In this document: one piece after another, positions 1 to 10,124 of the stretch
Position numbering within the stretch: the first letter of the stretch is position 1
Layout: each line of letters opens with the position of its first letter
DNA from: Patescibacteria group bacterium UBA6017
GTDB lineage: Bacteria > Patescibacteriota > Saccharimonadia > UBA4664
NCBI GenBank assembly: GCA_002429485.1
Contig: DIZX01000015.1
Coordinates: 187,073 to 251,072, forward strand
Direction of reading: 5' to 3'
Length of the DNA stretch: 64,000 bases
Made by a program: the position numbers and the translations under genes
The notes under the pieces: generated by a model
The model's input: only the letters and a program-made list of their open reading frames with translations
What the model was told of the DNA's origin: nothing
Database searches by the model: none

Positions 1-552
1 AATCCCGCATTCATCCCGAAAGCCCACCAGATTCACGCCGTCCATCGCCACGCACGAAAAAGCCCCTGTAAATAGAGGCCAAGCTGCTTCGATTGCGTCT
101 ACCATTGTCTTGCCGCTCTGCATATAACAAACAATACTCGCGGCCATCATATCCGAATCGTTCATACCGATCGTGGAAATACCGTGATCACCCAAAAATT
201 CTTCTAGCAAATCGGTTGTCGGCAGGTTGCCATTATGGGCAAAGGCAAAACCCGCCTCCGGGTGTACGATCGGCTGCAAATGAGCCCCATCACTATCGCC
301 GGAAGTAGCGTAACGGTTGTGGCCGAGCGACATCTTGCCCTTCAACCGAACCAAATCCGCTTCGTTATACACGTGAGCCACCAAGCCGGCTCCGGCGCGC
401 ACATGTATTCCCTGAGCATCAATACTAGCGATACCCGAACTCTCTTGACCGCGGTGCTGCAATGCCCATAACCCGTAATACGTCAGGCGGGCAGCGTCTG
501 GACTTGCCGTTACTACTCCGAACACCCCACACTTTTCACTGAGTTCTGGCAA
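1..552 (-). CDS. purF: amidophosphoribosyltransferase, 5' part (runs off the left edge; not in the ORF track)
   Basis: Manual translation of the - strand from TTG at 552: MPELSEKCGVFGV...AARLTYYGLWALQHRGQESSGIAS...GHNRYATSG...AHNGNL...GAFSCV...GFRDECGI. These are Ntn glutamine amidotransferase motifs of PurF, including the short propeptide before Cys. Confidence 0.95.
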   Translation of the reverse strand, partial: MPELSEKCGVFGVVTASPDAARLTYYGLWALQHRGQESSGIASIDAQGIHVRAGAGLVAHVYNEADLVRLKGKMSLGHNRYATSGDSDGAHLQPIVHPEAGFAFAHNGNLPTTDLLEEFLGDHGISTIGMNDSDMMAASIVCYMQSGKTMVDAIEAAWPLFTGAFSCVAMDGVNLVGFRDECGI

Positions 553-669
553 AGCACTACTCTCTTAAGCTCTAATCTTAAAGTGCTTAGGTATAGAGTA
601 CAAGTTTTGTCACTCTCGATTAACCAATCTGAAAGCTCGACGCCGCCATCAAGCGCTCGGATTGGACTA

Positions 670-693
670 GCCGGAGGGTATGAGCCCTCCGGC
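670..693. terminator. GC-rich hairpin downstream of the small ORF pair
   Basis: GCCGGAGGG-TATGAG-CCCTCCGGC, 9-bp stem; no clear U-tract. Confidence 0.45.
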
Positions 694-722
694 CGTACTG
701 GGTCCGGTCAGCAAGCCAGCGG

Positions 723-875
723 CTAGCGCTTTTTCTTCTTGCCGGTATCAATGTTTGCGTAGTCCTCCTCGGCCTTTTTCCTTTGCCGAGCAGTCATCGC
801 CGCGAGTTCATCGTCGGCTTGTTTTATCGCCCTTTTCAGGTCCTCGGGCAGACCTGCCTTGTTCTTATCGCTCAT
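723..875 (-). CDS. small charged hypothetical protein (50 aa)
   Basis: GGAGG SD then ATG; MSDKNKAGLPEDLKRAIKQADDELAAMTARQRKKAEEDYANIDTGKKKKR. Confidence 0.65.
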   Translation of the reverse strand: MSDKNKAGLPEDLKRAIKQADDELAAMTARQRKKAEEDYANIDTGKKKKR

Positions 876-896
876 ATCAAACCTCCAGCAGATGGA

Positions 897-1028
897 CTAT
901 TTGGAATCCGTAGGTTTTTTCTTCGACGAGGCCAATTCGTCGTAGCGAGCAACCGCCTTCCGTATCTGTTTCGGCGTGATGATTCGGGTGTACCGGTCTA
1001 ACTGCACATTTTTCTTCTCAGCTGACAC
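897..1028 (-). CDS. small basic hypothetical protein (43 aa from GTG; in-frame TTG at 1067 also possible)
   Basis: MSAEKKNVQLDRYTRIITPKQIRKAVARYDELASSKKKPTDSK; GAGG upstream; co-oriented with 723..875. Confidence 0.45.
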   Translation of the reverse strand: MSAEKKNVQLDRYTRIITPKQIRKAVARYDELASSKKKPTDSK

Positions 1029-1111
1029 TGGAGCTTTGCCTCGATTCGGTTGTATCGTGCGCTTCAAACTCCCGGTGGACTACAAACAAATGAACAGATC
1101 CATATAAACCT

Positions 1112-1141
1112 AAAAAGCGTACTATTTCAAGTACGCTTTTT
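1112..1141. terminator. intrinsic terminator after rpoD (bidirectional form)
   Basis: AAAAAGCGTACT-N6-AGTACGCTTTTT. Confidence 0.85.
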
Positions 1142-1163
1142 ATAGAGCTATTGCTTATCCGAC

Positions 1164-2270
1164 TTAGCGCAAGTAATCCTTGAGCTTCTTGCTCTCACGG
1201 TGCTTGCGCAACTTAGCGAGGGCTTTGGCCTCAATCTGACGAATGCGCTCACGCGTAACGCCAAATTCCTGACCTACCTCTTCAAGCGTGTGCGAGCGGC
1301 CGTCTTCGAGACCAAACCGCATGCGCAAGATCTTCTGCTCGCGAGGCGTCAGCAGTGCCAATACCTGATTCACGTGCTCCTTCAAGAGCTGGTGTGTAGC
1401 CGCCTCTTCAGGAGTCAGTGAATCCTCATCGGCAATGAAATCGCCCAGCTGAGAGTCCTCTTCCTCGCCCACCGGCGCCTCAAGACTCACGATATCCTGC
1501 TTAATCTTCAGGATGTGGTTGACCTTCTCCACATCCATTTCCATTTCAGCGGCAATTTCCTCCGGCAGCGGCTCGCGGCCTAATTCCTGCACCAAGCGGC
1601 GCTGAGTTCGAATCAGCTTGTTGATCGTCTCCACCATGTGTACCGGGATGCGAATCGTACGTGCCTGGTCGGCAATAGCACGGGTAATTGCCTGGCGAAT
1701 CCACCAGGTAGCGTAGGTCGAAAATTTATACCCCTTGGTATAGTCAAACTTCTCCACTGCCCGCAATAGTCCGGTGTTGCCCTCTTGGATGAGATCGAGC
1801 AGATCAAGCCCGCGGCCGATGTACTTCTTGGCAATCGACACCACCAGACGCATGTTGGCCTCAGCCATCGCGTCCTTAGCCGCTTTATCGCCAGATTCAA
1901 TCCGTTTGGCCAGCATTACTTCTTGCTCGCCGGTCAGCAGCGGAATTTTACCAATTTCGCGCAGATACAGCCGGACCGAGTCATCGGCAATATCTTTAAT
2001 GTAATCTTCGCTCGTATCAGGAGCATCCTCGTCTTCTTTGTCCCAAATCAATGAGTCCTTTTGGTCGGTGATCTCTACGCCCTGCTCAATCAAAGCCGCA
2101 TATAGCTCATCGAGCTCTTCGAGATTCTCTTCCGCTTCAGGTAGTACGCCGGCAATTTCCTGCTGCGTTACATAGCCCTGCTCTTTGCCTTTTGCAATCA
2201 GTCGCTCTACTTCGGGTGAGTAGCCGCCGGATCGTTCAAGTGTCTCTTCGTCAGCCGCCTTCTTCGCCAA
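1164..2270 (-). CDS. rpoD: primary sigma factor RpoD/SigA
   Basis: [68 protein letters not shown]; AGGAG SD, TTG start. Confidence 0.98.
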   Translation of the reverse strand: MAKKAADEETLERSGGYSPEVERLIAKGKEQGYVTQQEIAGVLPEAEENLEELDELYAALIEQGVEITDQKDSLIWDKEDEDAPDTSEDYIKDIADDSVRLYLREIGKIPLLTGEQEVMLAKRIESGDKAAKDAMAEANMRLVVSIAKKYIGRGLDLLDLIQEGNTGLLRAVEKFDYTKGYKFSTYATWWIRQAITRAIADQARTIRIPVHMVETINKLIRTQRRLVQELGREPLPEEIAAEMEMDVEKVNHILKIKQDIVSLEAPVGEEEDSQLGDFIADEDSLTPEEAATHQLLKEHVNQVLALLTPREQKILRMRFGLEDGRSHTLEEVGQEFGVTRERIRQIEAKALAKLRKHRESKKLKDYLR

Positions 2271-2282
2271 AACTATTTTCTC

Positions 2283-4058
2283 CTAACCTTCTTCTTCGAT
2301 TACCGCCTGATATTGTTTCAACAGATTACTAACAAGCTGCACGTCGCCGTTCTTTTCGGCTTCGCGCAGTTTCCCGCTCAATATCTGTTTGATGTCTTTG
2401 TTCGATTGGATTTGCAGCCGTCTTGCCAGTCCGAATGCCTCGAAACTGCGGTCTGCGGGAGCTAGTTCAGTGAACTCCTGTTCGCCCCGTAACAGTAAGA
2501 TACTAATATAATCAGCCTGTTGTGTCAAAGCCTGAGCGATCACCGATGCCACCTCATTTCGGTTCTGCCGAATAGCCTCAAACACCTCCTGACGTTCGGG
2601 CGTCGTAAAGTCACGCGCTTCGAGATCATCGAGCGCCACTCTGGTCAACGGGTCCATCAGCGCCATCGCCAACAGCGACTCCTCAATTATCCGCCGTGCC
2701 GTCGGCTTTCCGCTCGACTGCACCACCGCCCGCCGCGTTATATCCCCGCTCCGATCCCTTTCCGCCGACCCACTGCCCGGTACAATCGCATCCGGCTTAT
2801 CGAGCTTGGCCTTCACGGCTTCTTCGCTCGTGCCGGTCTTGGCCGCCAACAGCTTCACGTAGTGATCCTGCTCCACCGGATCCCCCAGTCGTCTCAATGT
2901 CGACGCCAGCCTGTCCGTATACCCGCGCTTGCCCACGGCCGAATCCAGATCAAAATCGTGCGCAAATCTATCAAATAAATAATCCACGATGTATTTCGCC
3001 CCGTCGATAGCCTTCTTCCAGGCGTCCACGTCCTGTTGAATCAGCTCGTCCGCGTCCTTGATCCCCTCGGGCATCTCCACCATCCGCAGCGTCAGCCCCA
3101 ACTTCTGTCCGAGCTCAATCGCCCGTTCCGTCGCCGCCAACCCCGCCCGGTCCGCGTCAAATGCCAGCTTTATGTTCTTCGTGAGTTTCGAAAGAGTTCG
3201 CAGCTGCTCGAGCGTCAGCGCCGTCCCGCTAGCCGCCACCACCGCCTTCACCCCCGCTTGATGGCTCGCAACCACGTCCATATTGCCCTCGACCAGCACC
3301 ACTTCATCCCCCGCCCGAATCGCCTCTCGCGCCAATGCAAAGCCAAAAATCGCCTGCGACTTATCGTACAGCGCCGTCTGCGGAGTATTCAGATATTTCG
3401 GCAGGCTGTCATCGATCACTCGGCCCGTAAATCCCACCGGTCGGCCCTCGCGATCAGTAATCGTAAACATCACCCGTCCCCGAAACAGGTCGTAAATAGT
3501 GTTGCGGCCCTCTTTTTGACCCGCCAATCCCCCCTGCAATAATTCCTGCTGTGTGAACCCGTGCTTGGTCAAAAAATCCGTCAACGCATTCCACGAATCG
3601 GGCCCGTACCCTATCTGGAAATCCCGAATCGTTTCCCGCGTCAGCTTGCGCTTCTTGACCACGTATTCCAGCGCCTTCGGATTTTGCATCAACGACGCCT
3701 GAAAATACTTCACCGCCAACTCATGCGCCGCGTACAACCGGTCGCGCAGCCGACTCGCCTCTTTGTTATCGCCCTTCTTAGCCACCAGTTCCACCCCGGC
3801 TTTGCGCGCCAGCATCTCCAGGCACGTGCGAAAATCGACCCCCTCCATCTTCATCACAAAGCTAAAAATATCCCCGCCCTCACCACAGCCAAAACAGTGA
3901 TAAATCCCCTTCTCGGGACTCACCATAAAGCTCGCCGACTTCTCCTGATGAAACGGGCACGGCGCCTTCAGATTGCGCCCCGCCTGCTTCAACGGTACAT
4001 AGCCCCCGACCACTTCCGTGATCTCGAGCCGACTCTTTACCTCGGCAACCTCATCCAT
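2283..4058 (-). CDS. dnaG: DNA primase
   Basis: CPFH...CFGC zinc ribbon, KYLNTPQT, TOPRIM EGNMDVV and FDADRAG; classic dnaG-rpoD order. Confidence 0.97.
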   Translation of the reverse strand: MDEVAEVKSRLEITEVVGGYVPLKQAGRNLKAPCPFHQEKSASFMVSPEKGIYHCFGCGEGGDIFSFVMKMEGVDFRTCLEMLARKAGVELVAKKGDNKEASRLRDRLYAAHELAVKYFQASLMQNPKALEYVVKKRKLTRETIRDFQIGYGPDSWNALTDFLTKHGFTQQELLQGGLAGQKEGRNTIYDLFRGRVMFTITDREGRPVGFTGRVIDDSLPKYLNTPQTALYDKSQAIFGFALAREAIRAGDEVVLVEGNMDVVASHQAGVKAVVAASGTALTLEQLRTLSKLTKNIKLAFDADRAGLAATERAIELGQKLGLTLRMVEMPEGIKDADELIQQDVDAWKKAIDGAKYIVDYLFDRFAHDFDLDSAVGKRGYTDRLASTLRRLGDPVEQDHYVKLLAAKTGTSEEAVKAKLDKPDAIVPGSGSAERDRSGDITRRAVVQSSGKPTARRIIEESLLAMALMDPLTRVALDDLEARDFTTPERQEVFEAIRQNRNEVASVIAQALTQQADYISILLLRGEQEFTELAPADRSFEAFGLARRLQIQSNKDIKQILSGKLREAEKNGDVQLVSNLLKQYQAVIEEEG

Positions 4059-4099
4059 TCCTCTAGTATATACCAGTCACTACGAACAAAAGGCGAATA

Positions 4100-5098
4100 C
4101 TACGCCAAATTACTCCAGCTCAAGTCTGGCTTCACCCGTTCAATCAACTTAGCCGTCTGGCCGATACTCTTGCTCGCCACACTCTGGTCGTTCACAAAGT
4201 TCTCCATATCCTGCTCGCGGTGGCCATCGATCCCGTAGGTGGCAATACAGCCCGTGCGCTTCACCATCGCGCTCAAAGTCGGCTCCGCCCGTCGCGCCAT
4301 GCCGTTCATGGGGTTTCCCATCAGCTCCACGCCGTCAATCCGCCCGTCGCGCAGCATACCCTCGAGCATCTCGGCATCGATCTTGCGCGATGCCGTGTAC
4401 CAATGAGCCACAATCGCCACCCCGCCAGCCCCGCGGATTAACTTCACGGCACTATCGAGATCAATCGAATACAAATAATCCACATAAATCCCTGGAATAA
4501 ACGCATCATCGCTCAAAAATAATCGGTACGGATAATCGCTCGGCGGCCGCTCCATCATATGCGCGTAATCCATGGCCACCTTGGCGCTAGCCACCGCCGC
4601 CTTCTCCATTTCGGCCTTCATGACTTCAATAACTGCCGTATTTTCCACGTGAGAATTCAACGCCCGCACGATATGCGGCCGCCCGACCGTCTCGCCGCCC
4701 GAAGCCGCCAGGCAATCCGCAACGCTTATATTAAAACCAAGCCCCTTGAGATTGCCCACGATCCGCTCCATGCGTTCGATCCGCGCCGCTACCGCCTTGG
4801 TGCAATGTGCCAGTAACTCTGAATTAGTCGGATCCGTAAACAATCCCAGTATGTGCAAACTGCTCGTCACCCCGCCGCCCAATTCCACCGGCAACCCGCT
4901 CGAAATCTCGCATCCCAACAGCCACTTCACGGTGCCTTGATAGTCCTTCAAAATCTTCAGGTCAGCCGCGCTCGGCAGCGTATCGTGATCCGTAAACGCC
5001 ACCACGCTGACCTTATTGCGCCGCGCCGCCTCGAGCACTTCCAGATATGTTTGCGTACCATCCGAAGCAGTCGTGTGATTGTGTAATGATTCGTACAT
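4100..5098 (-). CDS. PHP-domain metallophosphoesterase (TrpH/YciV-like)
   Basis: LHNHTTASDG, FTDHD, GCEIS, LHILG, GRPHI, DGH motifs. Confidence 0.85.
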   Translation of the reverse strand: MYESLHNHTTASDGTQTYLEVLEAARRNKVSVVAFTDHDTLPSAADLKILKDYQGTVKWLLGCEISSGLPVELGGGVTSSLHILGLFTDPTNSELLAHCTKAVAARIERMERIVGNLKGLGFNISVADCLAASGGETVGRPHIVRALNSHVENTAVIEVMKAEMEKAAVASAKVAMDYAHMMERPPSDYPYRLFLSDDAFIPGIYVDYLYSIDLDSAVKLIRGAGGVAIVAHWYTASRKIDAEMLEGMLRDGRIDGVELMGNPMNGMARRAEPTLSAMVKRTGCIATYGIDGHREQDMENFVNDQSVASKSIGQTAKLIERVKPDLSWSNLA

Positions 5099-5108
5099 GT
5101 GTGAGTTT

Positions 5109-5513
5109 CTACCGATCTTTTAGTCTGTAAACAAATTTCAGCCCCGACCAATCATTGGTCAGCGAGGCCACTTTAACGTCCACCAGCCCGGCTTTTAAAC
5201 CCAACTCGCGCACAATCCCCTCATTCAACCCGGTGTTCAGCCGCGAAGTCCGCTTAGCCCAGCTAATCCATAACATCCCGCTAGGCTCCAAATGTGAGGC
5301 CAAATTTGGCACCACCGCCCCGAGCTGTTCAAAGCTGGTGGCAAAGTATTGAATCACATCAAATCGGCCGCTCAGCCGGCTCGCGACATTGGCCCGCTCG
5401 CCAAGCTCCGGCATCAGCTCCATATACCCCTCGGGTGCGTGCATCACAATTAATCGGGCGCCAGATTTGACGCCCAACTTATCAATCACTTTTTGGTTCG
5501 GATTACCTGCCAT
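5109..5513 (-). CDS. DUF3052-like conserved protein
   Basis: Start moved to MAGNPNQ; KLGVKSG...GMLWISWAK...GLVDVKVASL..DWSGLKFVYR pattern. Confidence 0.7.
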   Translation of the reverse strand: MAGNPNQKVIDKLGVKSGARLIVMHAPEGYMELMPELGERANVASRLSGRFDVIQYFATSFEQLGAVVPNLASHLEPSGMLWISWAKRTSRLNTGLNEGIVRELGLKAGLVDVKVASLTNDWSGLKFVYRLKDR

Positions 5514-5557
5514 CGCTGAGTATCTTATCATCTTGCCCGAGCAATCGTCGCATCCGC

Positions 5558-5875
5558 CTAGCCCTCGTTGGCGTACACCCGGGCATCTTCGCTCAATCCG
5601 CGCCAGTGACTTACGTGCACCGCCGGCACCCGCAGCCATTCCGGCAGAATCTGGCCGTTGCTCATCGCGTACGGCTCCGACCCTTTGAGCCCGCTCGCTT
5701 TATTAAATTCGAGGCTATCGAGCCGCACCACCAGATCGTCCTTCGAAAACCCAGCAAACGCTCGCCCCTGCGTGGTCAGCACCGACATCCCATACATCTT
5801 ACTCACCTTCACGTCCTCGCGGTGCGTCGTCACAAGGCGATTCACCAATTCCTGATACTGCTTTTTTGCCGACAC
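5558..5875 (-). CDS. TfoX N-terminal-like protein
   Basis: KMYGM...GRAFAG...LVVRL...EWLRVP pattern; in operon with neighbours. Confidence 0.6.
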   Translation of the reverse strand: MSAKKQYQELVNRLVTTHREDVKVSKMYGMSVLTTQGRAFAGFSKDDLVVRLDSLEFNKASGLKGSEPYAMSNGQILPEWLRVPAVHVSHWRGLSEDARVYANEG

Positions 5876-5890
5876 TATTTTGCTCCTTGG

Positions 5891-6283
5891 TTATTCTGCA
5901 CTGGTGTCGTTCTTCATCATCCCAAAAATGTTGCCTTCGGTGTCATGAAAATAGGCCAACCAGCCCACTCCCAGCACCGGCATTTTCGCCACCGCCTCGG
6001 TCCCGCCCGCCTTCAGCACCAACTCAATGGACTCATCCAGGTCATCCACCTGTATCGTGTTCACATAGCCCATCACCGGTGGCATATCGGAGGCCTTCGG
6101 GTTTTCGCCCATCCGCTTCACAATCGCGCCATCGATGCCGTCGTCATCCTCACCGGTCATCACCAGCCAATAATCCACGGGGCCATCCCACTTTTTAATT
6201 TCCCAATCAAATACGCTCTCGTAAAACATCGCTGCCCGCTCCGGATCGGCCGCGTTTATCTCGAAATGCACTACTCGTCCCAT
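5891..6283 (-). CDS. VOC/glyoxalase family protein
   Basis: VVHFEI.A.DPERA..FY..VFDW; AYFHDTEGNIFG. Confidence 0.9.
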   Translation of the reverse strand: MGRVVHFEINAADPERAAMFYESVFDWEIKKWDGPVDYWLVMTGEDDDGIDGAIVKRMGENPKASDMPPVMGYVNTIQVDDLDESIELVLKAGGTEAVAKMPVLGVGWLAYFHDTEGNIFGMMKNDTSAE

Positions 6284-6292
6284 AAAAACCTC

Positions 6293-6601
6293 CTATTTAT
6301 GCACCAAACTATAAGAATGATCGATTAACTCTCGTACCAAATCATCAGGCAAGTCGCCATCCAGAGCAAGCGTATTCCAGTGAACTTTATTTAAATGGTA
6401 GCCTGAGGTAATTTCCGGATGTTCTTGCCGCAAGATTATTGCCCTAGTCGGCTCACATTTGAGACTAATGCTTTTCGGCGCGTCCACCGCCGGCATTATC
6501 GCGAATATCTTCCCGCCCACCTTCATCACCGTCACATCGGCCCCAAACGGATACGTTTCACGAGTGCCGGGCTTCTGCAGGCAATACTCTGCCACGTTCA
6601 T
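6293..6601 (-). CDS. MmcQ/YjbR family protein
   Basis: [40 protein letters not shown]. Confidence 0.9.
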   Translation of the reverse strand: MNVAEYCLQKPGTRETYPFGADVTVMKVGGKIFAIMPAVDAPKSISLKCEPTRAIILRQEHPEITSGYHLNKVHWNTLALDGDLPDDLVRELIDHSYSLVHK

Positions 6602-7011
6602 TTTCCGACCGTTTTAGGCGCAAAATCCAACGAGCACGAATTAATACAATACCTTTGACCCGTCTTTTCCGCCGGCCCATCTGGGAATACATGCCCCAAA
6701 TGCGCCCCGCAATTCGCACAGGTAGCCTCGGTGCGCACCATCCCAAAGCTCTTATCATCATGCAACTCCACCGTACCCGCTCTTGCCACATCATAAAAGC
6801 TCGGCCAGCCCGACCCGCTTTCAAACTTCATCTCGCTCGAGAATAGCTCCACGCCGCACGCCACGCATTTGTACGTACCGTCATCGTGATTATCTACATA
6901 TTCGCCCGTAAACGGCGCCTCAGTGCCTTTTTCCCGGACCACCCGATACTGCTCCGGCGTCAGCTTGGCCTTCCAATATTCATCCGGCTTATTCTTCAAA
7001 TCTTCTGCCAT
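6598..7011 (-). CDS. msrB: peptide-methionine (R)-S-oxide reductase
   Basis: [40 protein letters not shown]; start at MAEDL after GAGG. Confidence 0.96.
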   Translation of the reverse strand: MAEDLKNKPDEYWKAKLTPEQYRVVREKGTEAPFTGEYVDNHDDGTYKCVACGVELFSSEMKFESGSGWPSFYDVARAGTVELHDDKSFGMVRTEATCANCGAHLGHVFPDGPAEKTGQRYCINSCSLDFAPKTVGK

Positions 7012-7066
7012 ATTAGTACCTCTCATTATGCTCACTCATCCCATTGGAAACACAATTTTACGCCCT

Positions 7067-7693
7067 TCAAAAATGATGAGCCAGTCGACGCCAGATACTG
7101 CTTAATCGATATCTCCACCCCCTCGGATAAGCGCTCAATACCGCTTCCAGAGCTGCCGGCAGCCGATCAATCGAGCTCGGGAAGCGATTTTTGCCCATAA
7201 AGTGCCCGCCCCCCATCACAATCACCTCCCGCGCCCTCAGCGCAATCGCCAACTGCTGACTTCGTTTGGGGGCAACCATGGGATCATTGTCCGAATAAAT
7301 CACTACTCGCGTTTTCGTCCGCTCAATAATCCGATCAAATTCCAGCGGCGGATCAAACAAAGCCCCGGGCTTATCCATAATCCCATCACCAAACCCCGCC
7401 ACCAGCACTAGTCCGGCAACTTTCACGTCCAACGGATAATCATTAATAAACCGCAGCGTCGTGGGCGTACCGAGAGAATAGCCCACCAAAGTCGTATTCC
7501 CGTCGAGCTCCCCCGCCGCGTCACTCAGAGTTTTTAGCCACAAGTCGAGCTTCGGCACCCGCGGGTTCGGCATAGCCGGAGTTATTACTTCAAACCCTCG
7601 CGCCTCAAGCTCGCCCGCCAACCAACTAATCCACAGATTTGCCGGGCTATCATTCCATCCGTGCGTAATTATTACTTTTCGTTTGGCTGCCAT
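7067..7693 (-). CDS. RBBP9/YdeN-family alpha/beta hydrolase
   Basis: HGW, GYSLG nucleophile elbow, SDNDP, GGHF. Confidence 0.85.
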   Translation of the reverse strand: MAAKRKVIITHGWNDSPANLWISWLAGELEARGFEVITPAMPNPRVPKLDLWLKTLSDAAGELDGNTTLVGYSLGTPTTLRFINDYPLDVKVAGLVLVAGFGDGIMDKPGALFDPPLEFDRIIERTKTRVVIYSDNDPMVAPKRSQQLAIALRAREVIVMGGGHFMGKNRFPSSIDRLPAALEAVLSAYPRGWRYRLSSIWRRLAHHF

Positions 7694-8239
7694 CTAATAA
7701 TTATATATGTACAACCGTGCCGCATGACTGGCGCTGCCCGCCAGCTCCATCTCTTTATCCGGCTTCCGGTTTGGTAACGGAAATTGCACGCTCACCACCC
7801 GCGCCCCTCGCGGCAGTTCAAGTTCGAACCTCGGCTCCAGCTCGGCCATCATTTTCGGCCCCAGATAGGCGAATACCCGCGTGGCCTCCTGAAGGTTCGC
7901 CTTCGAGATTTCGCCGCGTATCAGCCGAGCTTTCCCTCGTAGCCGCCGCACCGCCAGCCCCCAAACCACCCAATTGTTCTCAACGCCAATATACCGAGCC
8001 TTCGAATTACCGCTCCGCAATGCGGCAATCACCCTGCCGTCGCCGCAACCCAGATCGTAAACCACATCCCCGTCACGCACCCCAAGCTTCTCTGCCACCG
8101 TCATCGTCGCCCCGTCCGGCAGCACCACGTATGGCACTCTGTTTCGCAGCATAAAATAACCGTGAGCACCCATCACCGCCACAAACAGCGCAAGTACTAC
8201 AATCAACAATATCGTCCCGGTCGCAAGCAAAACGTTCAT
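7694..8239 (-). CDS. membrane-anchored SAM-dependent methyltransferase
   Basis: N-terminal TM helix, VPYV, YDLGCGDGR, GVE. Confidence 0.85.
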   Translation of the reverse strand: MNVLLATGTILLIVVLALFVAVMGAHGYFMLRNRVPYVVLPDGATMTVAEKLGVRDGDVVYDLGCGDGRVIAALRSGNSKARYIGVENNWVVWGLAVRRLRGKARLIRGEISKANLQEATRVFAYLGPKMMAELEPRFELELPRGARVVSVQFPLPNRKPDKEMELAGSASHAARLYIYNY

Positions 8240-8421
8240 GCCTCTAGTGTAACTAAAAAACCAGCGCCTGGCCTGAAAATTTCAGAACAACCACAGGCAC
8301 TACAGCAAAAGTCGACCACACGTTACTAGGGGTTACTAATGTATACTCACCCTGAGGGAGTACCTCTTTTTTGATGCTCAAGACCATGCCTCGTCCAACC
8401 CGTCCGAAGGAAGTGGTATCA

Positions 8422-9567
8422 GTGAGTGATTCCTACAGGCTCGATGGTGTGAACGTTGAAGCCGGTGACGACTTCTCGTCCCTCGTCGCGAAGGCAGCCG
8501 CTGTCACACACGGCAACTGCCCCTACCTCGAGGTCCTAGACCTCACCAGAGGAAATTTTCGCGGTCCCCGACCCTTCCGGGTTCGTGGCTTGCCGCTCGA
8601 TCAAGTTCTGTTCGACGCAGGACCAGATGGAGTAGGTACGAAGGTTCTTATGCACGATGCGCTGCTGTTGCACCGAAATGCTCCCCGTGATCTTCTCGCA
8701 ATGACATGCGGCGACATCACTCGGTTCGGTGGGCTGCCCGCGGCCTTCTGGAACGTCCTTGACGTTCGAAACCTCGGCGACCCTGGATCCGACAGCTTCA
8801 ATCTGTTTGCCGACATGCTCGGCGGACTCGTTGAGGCGGCGAATGAGCAGGGTCTCGTGATTCACAAGGGCGAAACGGCAGAACTCGGACCCTGCATTGG
8901 TTCCGACAATCCGAACCCCAGCGCTCCCTTCAACTGGGCAGGCGTGGCATTCGGCATCTTCCTGCAAGACAAGATCATCTACGGAGATCGTGTTCAACCC
9001 GGAGATACCGTTATCGCTCTCAGAGAGAACGGTTTCCGCAGCAACGGGATCAGTAGCGTTCGGAAGGCCTTCGCAATGCATTATGGCAAGGACTACTACG
9101 GCCCCGACGCACACGCGGATCTCCTTGCCGCCGCAACACCCTCAGTGCTCTACGACCGCTTCCTGGCCACCACCAACGGTTGGTACGAGGGAGACCTCCA
9201 GCCGTTAGTGGACGTTCGCCTCATCGCGCACATCACCGGAGGAGGCATCGGAAAGTTCGTTGAACTCCTCGCCCCGACTGGTCTGTCAGCTCGTCTCGAC
9301 GATCTCTTCGAACTCCCTCCAATCATGCGCAAGTGCGCCGACTGGCGCGGAATGACCGATGAAGAGGTCTATACCACCTGGAACGGTGGCCAGGGGGTCA
9401 TAGCGGTCATTTCTCCAGATGACACAACCCGATTCCTCAAGATGGCTGCTCGCTTCGGTATTGAGGCGAAAACCTGCGGAGAGATCATCAAGTCGCCCAA
9501 CACAACCGTCCAGGTCGAATCTATGTATAGAGGGGATGTTCTGACCTTCAACCACCACCAGCGTTAA
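8422..9567 (+). CDS. purM: phosphoribosylformylglycinamidine cyclo-ligase (AIR synthase)
   Basis: Y..DGVNVEAGD, DGVGTK, AMTCGD, GETAE, GFRSNG, AHITGGG, TWNGGQG; GTG start after AAGGAAG (ORF track starts at 8371). Confidence 0.88.
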   Translation: MSDSYRLDGVNVEAGDDFSSLVAKAAAVTHGNCPYLEVLDLTRGNFRGPRPFRVRGLPLDQVLFDAGPDGVGTKVLMHDALLLHRNAPRDLLAMTCGDITRFGGLPAAFWNVLDVRNLGDPGSDSFNLFADMLGGLVEAANEQGLVIHKGETAELGPCIGSDNPNPSAPFNWAGVAFGIFLQDKIIYGDRVQPGDTVIALRENGFRSNGISSVRKAFAMHYGKDYYGPDAHADLLAAATPSVLYDRFLATTNGWYEGDLQPLVDVRLIAHITGGGIGKFVELLAPTGLSARLDDLFELPPIMRKCADWRGMTDEEVYTTWNGGQGVIAVISPDDTTRFLKMAARFGIEAKTCGEIIKSPNTTVQVESMYRGDVLTFNHHQR

Positions 9568-9596
9568 CCGGGTGTCACACCCCAACACGCAAATAC

Positions 9597-9639
9597 GGCC
9601 CTGTTGCGCACCAGTTGCGCAACAGGGCCCGCGTCTTTT
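9597..9639 (+). terminator. hairpin after purM
   Basis: GGCCCTGTTGCGCA-N5-TGCGCAACAGGGCC, 14-bp stem, then TCTTTT. Confidence 0.7.
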
Positions 9640-9669
9640 CGTCCTAATCAATAAATTCTAAATAAATCC

Positions 9670-9759
<90 letters not shown>

Positions 9760-9849
9760 CGAACCGAGAACCTCGCCATTATACGGTGAAATGCCGCTCG
9801 AGAACAAGCTTCCGACAGATGAACTCCTTACCAGAGCAAAAAATACCCC

Positions 9850-9877
9850 TTGACATCCCGCGCAGATGTCCTATAGT
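9850..9877 (+). promoter_or_regulatory. sigma70 promoter overlapped by an inverted repeat
   Basis: TTGACA-N16-TATAGT; GACATC-N7-GATGTC palindrome at 9852-9870. Confidence 0.6.
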
Positions 9878-9937
9878 GGCCTTACAACTAAATCAGCTAT
9901 GGTATCGAACGTCCTCCTGAACTGCATGGGTAAACCT

Positions 9938-9969
9938 AAAGCCCCGCAGCCGGGGGGCTTTTTGTTTTT
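9938..9969 (+). terminator. intrinsic terminator about 60 nt after that promoter
   Basis: AAAGCCCC...GGGGCTTT followed by TTGTTTTT. Confidence 0.75.
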
Positions 9970-10124
9970 ATAGCGGCTTATCACCAGATTAGTTACCGTT
10001 CTTATCTCATGAATGTACTAGGCAGTCATGAGGTCACAACGCAAGTTTCACCTCAGGCTAGCATCCTAATGCTGGGTCGGCGACCCTTTCGCTAAGTTCT
10101 TTGACAGAAAGGTTGATCACGATC

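Noticed and set aside
93-1001. + strand ORFs 93..308, 235..471, 680..913, 783..1001
   Set aside because: Antisense shadows of purF and of the two small - strand ORFs.
8340-8421. Possible purine, ZTP or PRPP riboswitch upstream of purM (also checked upstream of purF)
   Set aside because: No recognisable consensus aptamer elements by eye.
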